Source of the DNA: Escherichia coli
GTDB lineage: Bacteria; Pseudomonadota; Gammaproteobacteria; Enterobacterales; Enterobacteriaceae
Assembly (NCBI RefSeq): GCF_022591475.1
Contig: NZ_CP093226.1
Strand: one strand, 5' to 3'
Length of the DNA: 32,000 nt
Shown: piece by piece, positions 12,138-20,884 of the stretch
How positions within the stretch are numbered: position 1 is the stretch's first letter
How the letters are laid out: each line of letters starts with the position of its first letter
Position numbers and translations under genes: made by a program
The notes under the pieces: model-generated
What the model was told of the DNA's origin: nothing
Seen by the model: the letters and a program-made list of their open reading frames with translations, nothing else
Databases searched by the model: none

Positions 12138-13239
12138 CTCATCTGCCGCTCTACCGCATCCCTCGACCATAATCCCGACTCAATCAACGAACTACAAGCC
12201 ATCGTCCTGAAGCCATGCCCACAAACCTCGACCTTCGTGTCATACCCCATTACGCGCAAAGCCTTGTTCACCGTATTCTCACTCATCGGCTTACGTGGAT
12301 CGTGATCGCCCACAAAAATCAGCTCTCAATTTCCGCTCATGCTTTTGATCTTTTCCAAAATACTTAGGGCCTGCCGCGACAAAGGCACAAGGTGTGGTGT
12401 CCGCATCTTCGAGCCACGCTGAGAATGCTTGACTCCTTCCAGTTGCTCACGCTCACCTGGGATTGTCCACATAGCCGTTTCAAAATCTACTTCTGACCAG
12501 CGGGCAAAATGCAGCTCGCTCGAACGGATGAAAACCAATAAAGTGAGTTCAACCGCCAGCCGAGTTAACGGTCTGCCAGAATAGTGATCTATGCGATGAA
12601 GTAATTCAGGTATACGGTTCAGTTCAAGAGCTGCACGGTGCTGTCTTTTCGCCGTAGCAACCGCACCTGCAATCTCTTGCGCGGGGTTGTAGTCGATTAA
12701 GCCGCTCTGAACGGCAAAGCGCATAATCGCGGTAGTACGCTGCTGTAAACGGGCGGCAACTTCGAGCCGCCCGGATGACTCGACTGCTTTAATGGGTACA
12801 AGAAGATCCCGCGTCTTCAGTTCCGCAATGTTCCGCTTACCGATAGCAGTAAAGAGATTATCCTCCAGACTTTTCAAAACACGAGCGCTATGCGATGCCG
12901 ACCACTTCTGATTGCTGGCGTGCCAGTCTCTGGCGACTACTTCAACGTTATCGCCTCTTGTTCCTGTTCTACCTTAACAGCTTTCTTGTTTTCACTGGGA
13001 TCGACACCATTAGCTAAAAGCTTACGAGCCTCATCCCGGCGTGCCCTGGCATCCGCCAACGACACTTCGGGGTATTTCCCCAATGCCAGCATCTTCTCTT
13101 TACCGCCAAAGCGATAACGTAGCCGCCAGTATTTGGAGCCGTTAGGGTGAACCAGCAAAACCATGCCTTCACCGTCGGTCAGCTTATAGGCTTTTGCTTC
13201 AGGCTTAGCCGAACGAACCTTCACATCACTCAGAGCCAT
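12138..13239 (-). pseudogene. P4-family tyrosine integrase, decayed (frameshifts near 12320 and 12900-12950; C-terminus cut off at IS629)
   Basis: Fragments MALSDVKVRSAKPEAKAYKLTDGEGMVLLVHPNGSKYWRLRYRFGGKEKMLALGKYPEVSLADARARRDEARK, then LTRLAVELTLLVFIRSSELHFARWSEVDFETAMWTIPG, then MSENTVNKALRVMGYDTKVEVCGHGFRTMA align with the intact integrase at 23851-25113. Confidence 0.88.
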
Positions 13240-13693
13240 GATGAGTATCCTTTCAAGGGTTCTGTGTGGGTACAAACATTATCGAACCGGGAAATACCCG
13301 CAGTTGTACCCGCATCAGTAAGTTGATGTAGATTGAATCAGGTTGACTTAGGTTGAGTGAAAAAGCGAGGAAAGCCTTGCGGATACTGGATTTTAGGCAC
13401 AAAAAAAGACGTCCGTTGACGTCTATTGATGTTCCGATGGTGCGAAGGCCGGAATAGAATAACTATATAACTCATTGAACATGATGATAAAAATTTTATA
13501 GCTTATGACTTGTGCCCCATTTTGTGCCCCCAACAAAATCTTATTGTTGCTAACTAGCACAATAAATGAATTAGCAAGATAGAGTTGCCTAGTTAGGTTC
13601 CGTCTTACAGAGCCTAACCAGAACAACCAAACCTCTGAACCAACCTTGCGCAAGCTAGATAAAGTCATGCTGATTTATTAGGACAACAAGCTA

Positions 13694-14641
13694 TTAAATT
13701 TCATATTTTGAAATTTCGCTGATTACATCATCCCCATATTTCTTAATCATGGAGGCAAAGAATTTATGTTCAATAAATTTCGCATAGCCTAATTCTCCTT
13801 TAAGGGTTAGAATTTCTTTCTCAGATAAAACCCCACACACATAATAATGTATTTTACTTCTTAAAAGACGCTTTCTATCACGACCTAAAGACAAATAACC
13901 ATCAGTCGTAATAGTTACACCAGTTACATGTCTATTAAACTTCCTTGAGGTAAAAACTGTTTTCTCATGGTTTATTTTAATATTCCTAAGATTTACTACG
14001 TTAAGAACTTCCCTTACTAACTTAGGAACATCAAATAAAGCTCCTTTGACTTTGGTGCTAAACGTAAGATCATCAGCATACCTTGAGTAGGTAATACCCA
14101 AATCCTTGCATCTTTTCGATATTTCCTCATCGAAGAAATACATTACTGTATTTGAAATAATGGGAGAAGAAGGTGCTCCAACACTTAGGCGTAACGGGCT
14201 ATTTCTTCTTAACTTCCAGAAGAAAAGATTTTTAAGAACAAAGATATCAGTATCAGTTAGTTCAACGCCATAATCTTTTAAGACAGATAAAAGATTATGG
14301 GGTTTGATACTCATAAAAAAGTTTTTAAAATCCATTTTAAGCAAATAATCATTATTACAATGCATTAACGCATTAGATCTAATACTTTTATCGGCTTCAT
14401 AAGCGAAAGCATTTTCATGAACTTTCAAATTAGCCAACATATGATTGATTACTACCTTCTGTAAGGCTTTAACTTGCCTAGCTGGTTGTGCAATTAATCT
14501 ATATCCATTACCATTTCTTTTGGCGATAGGATAAATTTTATATCTGCGTGGAATAGTAACAATATACCTTTTAGCCTCTTCTTCGCTAAGAAAAAGACCT
14601 TTTGAAATATAACTTAGCAACTCCATTCTAAGCCCCTCCAC
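13694..14641 (-). CDS. Retron reverse transcriptase (St85/Sen2-like by appearance)
   Basis: 315 aa with retron hallmarks: NALMH (NAxxH), LSVGAPSSPIISN, SRYADDLTFS (YADD) and RHVTGVTI (VTG). Paired with a retron-type effector and an upstream msd-like hairpin. Confidence 0.92.
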   Translation of the reverse strand: MEGLRMELLSYISKGLFLSEEEAKRYIVTIPRRYKIYPIAKRNGNGYRLIAQPARQVKALQKVVINHMLANLKVHENAFAYEADKSIRSNALMHCNNDYLLKMDFKNFFMSIKPHNLLSVLKDYGVELTDTDIFVLKNLFFWKLRRNSPLRLSVGAPSSPIISNTVMYFFDEEISKRCKDLGITYSRYADDLTFSTKVKGALFDVPKLVREVLNVVNLRNIKINHEKTVFTSRKFNRHVTGVTITTDGYLSLGRDRKRLLRSKIHYYVCGVLSEKEILTLKGELGYAKFIEHKFFASMIKKYGDDVISEISKYEI

Positions 14642-15614
14642 GCACGATATTGATTTGATTTAGAGCATTTTTCCTTTTTTTTGCAGTCTCGTCCATATCT
14701 TTAGCATCCATACTTAAGTAAGATTGTCGGATTGCAACCTTAATATTCATAGAATCCTTTATTTTACCACTAGCACTGATACCAAATTTAAGTTTACTCT
14801 CTCTATGCCCTCGGGAATAGAAGTAGTCTGTACCACTGTAAGATAATGATGAGGTTAATTTCATCTTTTCAAGCAAATAAAGTAAACGAGTTATTATTTT
14901 TTGTGGCACATCTATATCCATACAGTATAGTGCCCACTCTATTTCGCTTTTCTTGATTGGTTCTGATAAAAGGATTATTTCGTAAATCAATATAGCTAGG
15001 TGCCCAGTATTTTCAGGGTTATATCGCTCCGTTTTTTTTACACGTTTTAATCTAGAATGAATATCATGGTAGATAAGCTCAACCTCATCATATTTCATAC
15101 GATCCGATTTTGGCCATGGATAAACTGATACTGAGGCCTCATCTATTTTTTTAAGATACTCCAAAGGGCCTAAATATATAAAAGAAGATCTAGCAGGAAT
15201 ATTTTTTCGTTCATTTCCCTCAATCTCCTCAAATGGTGCGACTACATGCAATTTTTGAGCTAGAGACTTCCTATTAACAAATAATCCAAGCTCAACTAAC
15301 GAACCTGCACTTTCTAAACAGATAACAACTAATGTTGAAATATTTGCAATATCATCTTCAAAGCTCATTAGATCTGAATATGCCCCCTCTCTGAAGTAGT
15401 CATGGAAGTTCTCAGCTAAAATAAGAGAATCTGACAATTCAGGTTTGTGGCCTGCTACATAAGTAAATATGTGGTCTCGTACACTCATTGGAGTGGAATT
15501 TATCGGCCCACCACAAACAAAAATAATAGGAGGCATGAACTGAACAGTGAAATTTGAATATTTCAAATCTCCAAACTGCTCTTGTAATGCATTCATATAT
15601 GCAGAATCACTCAC
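14628..15614 (-). CDS. Retron-associated effector with N-terminal nucleoside deoxyribosyltransferase-like domain (RcaT-type) and predicted helical/winged-helix C-terminus
   Basis: 328 aa, GTG start, overlaps the RT start by 14 nt. PPIIFVCGGP near the N-terminus and EDDIANISTLVVICLESAGSLVELGLF resemble the NDT-like SxGSxxELG catalytic motif. Placed between ncRNA and RT as in Sen2-like retrons. Confidence 0.8.
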   Translation of the reverse strand: MSDSAYMNALQEQFGDLKYSNFTVQFMPPIIFVCGGPINSTPMSVRDHIFTYVAGHKPELSDSLILAENFHDYFREGAYSDLMSFEDDIANISTLVVICLESAGSLVELGLFVNRKSLAQKLHVVAPFEEIEGNERKNIPARSSFIYLGPLEYLKKIDEASVSVYPWPKSDRMKYDEVELIYHDIHSRLKRVKKTERYNPENTGHLAILIYEIILLSEPIKKSEIEWALYCMDIDVPQKIITRLLYLLEKMKLTSSLSYSGTDYFYSRGHRESKLKFGISASGKIKDSMNIKVAIRQSYLSMDAKDMDETAKKRKNALNQINIVRGGA

Positions 15615-15640
15615 CCTTGTGACCCCCTACTCCAAAAGAA

Positions 15641-15662
15641 AAGGTGGCTAACCAGCCACCTT
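15641..15662 (-). terminator. Intrinsic terminator/attenuator between the retron ncRNA and the effector gene
   Basis: Minus strand AAGGTGGCT-GGTT-AGCCACCTT followed by TTCTTTT: 9-bp perfect stem, 4-nt loop, T-rich tail. Confidence 0.65.
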
Positions 15663-15905
15663 CGACCCCTTTACCTAAAGGATGCGCTTTAGACTTTCAG
15701 CAAGATCCTGAATGGAACGCAGTGGCATGAAGGATCTTGCTGAAAGTGCTAAAGCGCAACCCTAAATGTCCACAATAAATTAGTGTCTGGCGAAACGCCC
15801 GACAAGGATAAACCTGTTATCCCGCGCGTAAAGGTAGGGTTAGGATAGCAAAAGATGCGAGATTTTCAATAAGTAAGCGTACTGGCTGCCAGCAACCACC
15901 TAAAC
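15663..15905 (-). ncRNA. Retron ncRNA (msr-msd) region; outer boundaries approximate
   Basis: Long msd-type stem, arms 15684-15709 and 15731-15757, differing by one unpaired base (GCGCTTTAG(C)ACTTTCAGCAAGATCCT). Upstream are two short hairpins: GGATAA-CAGGT-TTATCC and GGCG-TTT-CGCC (msr-like). Confidence 0.8.
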
Positions 15906-16193
15906 CATTGACATTTAAACAAAAATAAATCTAACAATTGAAAGCAATACCTTATTGAATACAGCATTCTTATATCTCTCTTGATATCGCAACATCACAA
16001 TTATCACCGTTAGTGCGGGCAGCCCCGCACGCCTGCCCGCTTCGCTTAACAGACTGGTTTTCATGCACCTCATTAATCGTCTCAGAAGCCAGCACACAAG
16101 GGTTTTCTCGTCAAAAATGGTGCATAAGACTCATGCGTTTTCATGCGCCATAGACATGCACTCATGCGCTCTCATGTCAGCCAGGAAAAGGGG

Positions 16194-16222
16194 GTAAAAA
16201 ATCCCGGTACTGGACCGGGATT
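16194..16222 (-). terminator. Rho-independent terminator at the end of the sid-psu-delta operon
   Basis: Minus strand ATCCCGGT-CCAGT-ACCGGGAT followed by TTTTTT, 20 nt after the delta-like stop codon. Confidence 0.8.
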
Positions 16223-16241
16223 ACGTGGGCGTTCTTTCTAA

Positions 16242-16514
16242 TCAGACAGGAATCTGCTGACGGCTTGACAGTTTTGACGCGGAGCCATAGCGATTGAGCG
16301 TTTTCTGTTGTTTTTCCGGGGATTGTGCTTTGTCTGATAGCTGTTCATTGCGCCGGGGTTTCATGATTATCTTATCCACACTCTCCAGTGCCGTAAATGT
16401 GCAGGAACATTCCAGATTCTGGCACTGATACCACGAGCGTTTAACTGACGGAGCTTCATAGGCTGCTGTTCTGGCGTGTGCAACTGTACCGCATTCCGGA
16501 CATTTAAGTGCCAT
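16242..16514 (-). CDS. Ogr/Delta-family zinc-finger late transcription activator (single domain)
   Basis: MALKCPECGTVAHARTAAYEAPSVKRSWYQCQNLECSCTFTALESVDKIIMKP; CxxC...CxxxxC arrangement of the Ogr/Delta family. Confidence 0.88.
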   Translation of the reverse strand: MALKCPECGTVAHARTAAYEAPSVKRSWYQCQNLECSCTFTALESVDKIIMKPRRNEQLSDKAQSPEKQQKTLNRYGSASKLSSRQQIPV

Positions 16515-16519
16515 TAATA

Positions 16520-17071
16520 TCACTCCTGTATATCGTTAATGTCATTCAGGCGTTGCTGAAAACGCAGATGTTGTGCCGGGGTGTAAGAACCCTGGCAATC
16601 ACGAATCATCCCGGGGTCAGGCATCAAACCGGATTCATCCAGGATCTCACGATAATCCCCGGCAATTTCAGGCGGTGTTATTGCCAGCTGGCGAACCAGA
16701 GCACTGCGTAATATACGGGACGCAACGTCAACCCCTCCGCGCCCCTTCAGGAACGGAGCCAGTGCAGATGTCAGGGCTGCCCCATTCGCCTGCATAAAAT
16801 TGCTGAGAGCGGCTTCTGTGCAGGCCTCCATCAGTAAATGCTGCGAGTAAATGCATTCGCGCGCAGCACAGTTAATTTGCCATTTCAGCACATCCAGACG
16901 TTCCCGCAGTAATTCGAGCTGTCGGGCATAATCTGCTGGTTTTTCTGTGGCAGCGAGGAGAGATGTTATCTGTTGTTCAACGGCTTTTCGGCTCTCATTA
17001 TGTCCGGCCCACAGAATACGGGCATTCCGAAAACTGGTAAGTGCCTGGTCAGGCGTGCCTCGGGCCGTCAT
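16520..17071 (-). CDS. psu: Psu-like (P4 polarity suppression / capsid decoration) protein
   Basis: 183 aa with Psu-like features (LDVLKWQINCAARECIYSQHLL, NFMQANGAALTSALAPFL, SYTPAQHLRFQQRL), located between sid and delta homologues. Confidence 0.8.
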   Translation of the reverse strand: MTARGTPDQALTSFRNARILWAGHNESRKAVEQQITSLLAATEKPADYARQLELLRERLDVLKWQINCAARECIYSQHLLMEACTEAALSNFMQANGAALTSALAPFLKGRGGVDVASRILRSALVRQLAITPPEIAGDYREILDESGLMPDPGMIRDCQGSYTPAQHLRFQQRLNDINDIQE

Positions 17072-17811
17072 ACTGCTTTCTCCTTCTCAGCAAGTTCCTG
17101 ACGAACCTTAATTTTATGCATAGCTGCCGGAGAGAGTTGATTACTGAAATCCAGACGCGCCGCATAATCCGGGGCAACTCCCGCCAGTTTAAACACCGGG
17201 TCCTGCTCAGGCATCGCATCGTTAGCCAGAGCCGGTCTGGTGATATGTTTATGAATAAAGTCTTTCAGCACTGTGTCCGGGTCATTAACTGAATTCACCA
17301 CACCCACAACGGCACTGGCTTCCCGGCCCATTGTGGATTTAAGCAGGCTCAGCGTCTGAATAAGCGCTTTTCCATGCGACTGCATAAAATCCTCCCAGAT
17401 TTGTTTTGCGCGAATATCCACAAGAATGTTATGCGCGTGGATATACTTTCCGGCTAATTCTGCAGCTTTCTGCGGCAAAAGTGCATTTTCGCTTTCCTGA
17501 GCCGCCAGCAGCTCATCAAAATCCTCAAGCGTTTCTCGTCCCAGCGCAATTTCCGTGCGCAGTTTTTTCATTTCCTTTGAGACCACGCCCTGACTTTCAC
17601 GAAACAGCGTGCGCCACTCCTCATTCAGTGTGTTCGTCGTGGCTTCCATTTCAGCGCGACGCTGGCGGATTGTCGCAATATTATCCGCTGCCGCTTTCTG
17701 CTGACGACGTGCTTCAAGCCATGCGTTTCTGGCTGTGTTCATGGTTTCCAGTGCCCGCTGCGTTACAGCCGGAAAAGTGGAAAGGTTGTTATTCACTGCG
17801 GTGTTGTTCAT
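17068..17811 (-). CDS. sid: Sid-like capsid size determination protein
   Basis: 247 aa, coiled-coil rich, with EWRTLFRESQGVVSKEM and VFKLAGVAPDYAARLDF resembling P4 Sid; overlaps psu by 4 nt. Confidence 0.72.
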   Translation of the reverse strand: MNNTAVNNNLSTFPAVTQRALETMNTARNAWLEARRQQKAAADNIATIRQRRAEMEATTNTLNEEWRTLFRESQGVVSKEMKKLRTEIALGRETLEDFDELLAAQESENALLPQKAAELAGKYIHAHNILVDIRAKQIWEDFMQSHGKALIQTLSLLKSTMGREASAVVGVVNSVNDPDTVLKDFIHKHITRPALANDAMPEQDPVFKLAGVAPDYAARLDFSNQLSPAAMHKIKVRQELAEKEKAV

Positions 17812-17845
17812 GACTTCTCCTGTCGGGTTGGTTCGTTACGTCAAT

Positions 17846-17901
17846 TGTGTCGTGGCTGACACAAGCACACTATCGGTGCTCAGTGTGTGGTGGCTGGCAC
17901 A
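17846..17901 (-). promoter_or_regulatory. Predicted delta-activated sid promoter: two TGT-N12-ACA boxes
   Basis: TGTGTCGTGGCTGACACA (17846-17863) and TGTGTGGTGGCTGGCACA (17884-17901), 38 bp apart, directly upstream of sid (start 17811). Confidence 0.7.
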
Positions 17902-17989
17902 ACGGACGCTTGCGGTTATTCAGACGTGGCTATGAAAGCCAGCCAGATAAAAATGCCCTCTGTTTCAGTCTGCTTTATGTCCCTGATGC

Positions 17990-18177
17990 GGTGGAACAGG
18001 TGAAACATGTGTTACAGCTTTGTTTTATAAGGCATTTATATACACTGCACCGGTGGAACATCGCGGGTAACAAGGTGGAACAGCGGATTGGCTGGCGTTA
18101 CATCTGTTCCACCTCACTATTTCAGAAGGTGGAACAGGTTCAGCCCTGTAAAATACGGTTGTTCCACCTGTTTCACC
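17990..18177. repeat. Iteron array GGTG(G/A)AACA, candidate replication origin or crr bound by alpha
   Basis: Eight copies: 17990 +, 17999 + (GGTGAAACA), 18052 +, 18074 +, 18105 -, 18128 +, 18160 -, 18169 - (TGTTTCACC). Confidence 0.75.
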
Positions 18178-18211
18178 TGTTACCCTTAATAAATAAGACT
18201 CACGCAAAGCC

Positions 18212-20884
18212 TTAACCCGGCACCTCGCTGTTGAAGACATAGAGCCTGCGGGGATTCATCTCTGGCGGGCGAATGGTTGTCTGGAGTTTGCCATCAGTGG
18301 AGGGCAGCAGGTATCCACGATCTGCGCACAGACGCGCCACCTTGCGCGGGTCAAATCCCCTGCAGATTTCTTTCCAGCCGGACGGCATGACATAGAACGT
18401 AGTGACAGCTTCCGTGCCCTGCGCGGTACTGCCTTTCTCCACCCTGCGCCAGCCCACCATATTGCCGGGGCGGTTGCGCTCGTCATACCAGTCTGCAAAG
18501 CGGCTGTACTGATTCGCGGTAAAGAAACTGCGAACCTGCTCCAGTGCGGCGATATCTTCCTGATTGGCGGTGTGCCCGCGATCTTTCAGCCATGCGTTCA
18601 GGCAGACGCGGGTTGCCCGCAGTGCTTCACCCTCAGGCCAGCCGGTGATACCCAGACGGGTTGCCAGTTCACCTGCCATCGCCACCAGAGCAAAGCGGTT
18701 CACAGCCCGGCCCACCTGATTGCCTGCATCTTTCGGAGTCAGGGCGGCAGCATATTCCTTCATCAGCGATTTTGCCTGTGCCGTTAGTCCGTTAAGATCA
18801 GCGGTCAGTGCTTTCAGCCACTCCCGGAACGGCGAACCGTAGTAGCAGGACGTGGCCCATTCAAGATGCTCTGCCAGAGCCTTGCCGCTGTCGAAGCCGT
18901 GCAGCTCCTCAAAAACGCCAAACTTCCCGGAATCGCTGGGGATCTGGATCATCCTGACTTCCATCCCGGCAAAAGTACGCTCACCGGCCTTTGCCGCATG
19001 TTCGGTCAGAGACAACTCGCCAGTTGAAAAGAACAACAGGCGCCAATGCTTACGGGTACGCAGCTCACCGTCCGTACCGGCACGGCCCTTGCCCTGACCG
19101 TTTGCCAGCATGTAGGCGATATTGCCTGCCTCGCGTCCGTCAACTTCCCGGATCTCATCAAGCATCATGGCGGCATCGTTGCGGCGGCTGGCGCATCCCT
19201 CCAGCGCGTTGCCGGTGGCCCGCCATGTCTGCCAGTAGTCAGGCCCGCCGCAGACGGAGGTTGCCGCTTTCATGGTGGTGGTCTTACCGTCTGTCGATTC
19301 CCCTTTGAGGTGGTAGCCGCCGCCGTCCATACCAACCAGCCGTAACAGTGGTGCAGCAAAGGCCAGGCTGACAGCAAATGCCACGCGGGAGTTGCCGGTA
19401 CAGTAGCGGGATACATGCTCCCGCCATTCCTCTGTTGTGCCCGACACGCGGAAATCACGCCCCTGCACGGAAGTGGTCTGGAGAATGACACCCTCTGCAC
19501 CTTCACCGCTGACCTCATCCTGCAGGACGTAAACCTGACCATGCCAGCCAGTACGACTGACGCAGGTCACGCGGCGTTCCGGTTTACACAGTGAGATATA
19601 TTCCATCAGGCGTGCGCGTGCCTCACCGGTGGTGCTGATATAAGACAGCCCGTTAACCAGCAATACCCGGCGCAGTTCCTCACCACTGCCGCTCAGCATT
19701 TCCATCGGCATCGCCCAGCGGCGACACTCACCCCACGTATCTTCCCATTCCAGCAGTCGTCCGAAGTTACCGCCATCGGCATCGCAGGTGATTGCCGTCA
19801 CGCGCAGCGGGCTGCATATTTTGACGTTCTGGATCTCCGTCTCACCGTTGCGCTGTACCTGCTTTTCATACCAGAGATATTCCTGGGTAAGACGGAACCC
19901 GTGCGGCAGTTGCGTGCGGCCCTCCCCGCACAGCACCAGACCGTTACGAAAGGCTTCACGGGCGCGGGTAATACCGTGCTCCCGATGGAAGTCATTCCAG
20001 TCGGCCTTAATCTCTCCCGGTGGCAGCGTCATCCAGCCGCCAACAGCTTTTGCCGCCCGTTCAGCAAAGGCTCTGCCGGGATTCTCACCCCCGTCCTGAA
20101 AATCGTTATCACCGGCGATGATAATTTTTACCTCAGGCCAGCGTGCCCGCAGCGACTGCGCCACATTGGGCAGGTTGCCCGCAGATATGGCAGCCACTAC
20201 GCATCCGGCAGTGAGCTGACTTACCGTCAGCGCCGTAGCGTAACCTTCGGTAATCACCACCTGTACCGGTGGTTCAGACGGTAACGGGCTGAGCGACACA
20301 AACGCGCCTTTCATCGTGCTGCCGGGCAGTATGCTTTTTTCACCCGTCGGGGCGATAAGCTGTGCACCAGTCACGGCTCCGGTGTTGGTCGTGAGTGGTA
20401 ACAGCAGGGAACCGGCAGGAAAATCCTTACCGCTGATATGCTGCACGCTTCCGGTCAGAGAGGCCGGGTATCCGGCGAACCCTTTTCCTGTCAGATAGGC
20501 GCTTTCTCCCGTGTGGCTCTCTTTCATCAGCGCCGCCACGGTAAGACCCATGTCGCGTTTAGGGGCTTTTTTTCTGGCAGGCTTAACAGGCAGTTCCTGC
20601 ACATCCGGCACATTAAGCACCTGCGCCACCTCCTGCGCAGCCTTTCTGACGCTGTAACCGGTTACGAGCTTAACCAGATCCAGACCGTCACCATTGCCAC
20701 ACTGGCTGCAGATCCACGTCCCGCGCCCGTCAAGGTCATCAAGGCGAAAACGATCCTTGCCCCCACATTTCGGGCAGGGACCGTGCCTGCCGTTTTCAGG
20801 TACATCAATACGCAGCATCTGGAGAATAACGGGCCATTTCCCCCGTGCGGCGGCTGAAATCTGCGTAACCGTCTGTATTGTCAT
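18212..20884 (-). CDS. P4 alpha-type replication protein (zinc-finger primase/helicase)
   Basis: 890 aa: HGPCPKCGGKDRFRLDDLDGRGTWICSQCGNGDGLDLV (primase Zn finger), TOPRIM-like VVITEGYATALTV, DUF927-type helicase region with KGESTDGKTTTMKAATSVCGG. Confidence 0.93.
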   Translation of the reverse strand: MTIQTVTQISAAARGKWPVILQMLRIDVPENGRHGPCPKCGGKDRFRLDDLDGRGTWICSQCGNGDGLDLVKLVTGYSVRKAAQEVAQVLNVPDVQELPVKPARKKAPKRDMGLTVAALMKESHTGESAYLTGKGFAGYPASLTGSVQHISGKDFPAGSLLLPLTTNTGAVTGAQLIAPTGEKSILPGSTMKGAFVSLSPLPSEPPVQVVITEGYATALTVSQLTAGCVVAAISAGNLPNVAQSLRARWPEVKIIIAGDNDFQDGGENPGRAFAERAAKAVGGWMTLPPGEIKADWNDFHREHGITRAREAFRNGLVLCGEGRTQLPHGFRLTQEYLWYEKQVQRNGETEIQNVKICSPLRVTAITCDADGGNFGRLLEWEDTWGECRRWAMPMEMLSGSGEELRRVLLVNGLSYISTTGEARARLMEYISLCKPERRVTCVSRTGWHGQVYVLQDEVSGEGAEGVILQTTSVQGRDFRVSGTTEEWREHVSRYCTGNSRVAFAVSLAFAAPLLRLVGMDGGGYHLKGESTDGKTTTMKAATSVCGGPDYWQTWRATGNALEGCASRRNDAAMMLDEIREVDGREAGNIAYMLANGQGKGRAGTDGELRTRKHWRLLFFSTGELSLTEHAAKAGERTFAGMEVRMIQIPSDSGKFGVFEELHGFDSGKALAEHLEWATSCYYGSPFREWLKALTADLNGLTAQAKSLMKEYAAALTPKDAGNQVGRAVNRFALVAMAGELATRLGITGWPEGEALRATRVCLNAWLKDRGHTANQEDIAALEQVRSFFTANQYSRFADWYDERNRPGNMVGWRRVEKGSTAQGTEAVTTFYVMPSGWKEICRGFDPRKVARLCADRGYLLPSTDGKLQTTIRPPEMNPRRLYVFNSEVPG

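Noticed and set aside
13453-13693. Possible small RNA or gene between the left att and retron RT
   Set aside because: The only ORF (13423-13668) spans the att-like repeat and has no features; no strong hairpin or promoter noted.
15915-16097. 60-aa minus ORF upstream of the retron ncRNA
   Set aside because: Overlaps the retron promoter side and the GC-rich inverted repeat; no convincing RBS or family.
17990-18177. CRISPR array interpretation of the repeats
   Set aside because: Units are 9 bp, in both orientations, with irregular short spacing and no cas genes; typical iterons instead.
18256-20857. Multiple 60-139 aa plus-strand ORFs opposite alpha
   Set aside because: Antisense open frames in GC-rich coding sequence, with no convincing starts or recognisable products.
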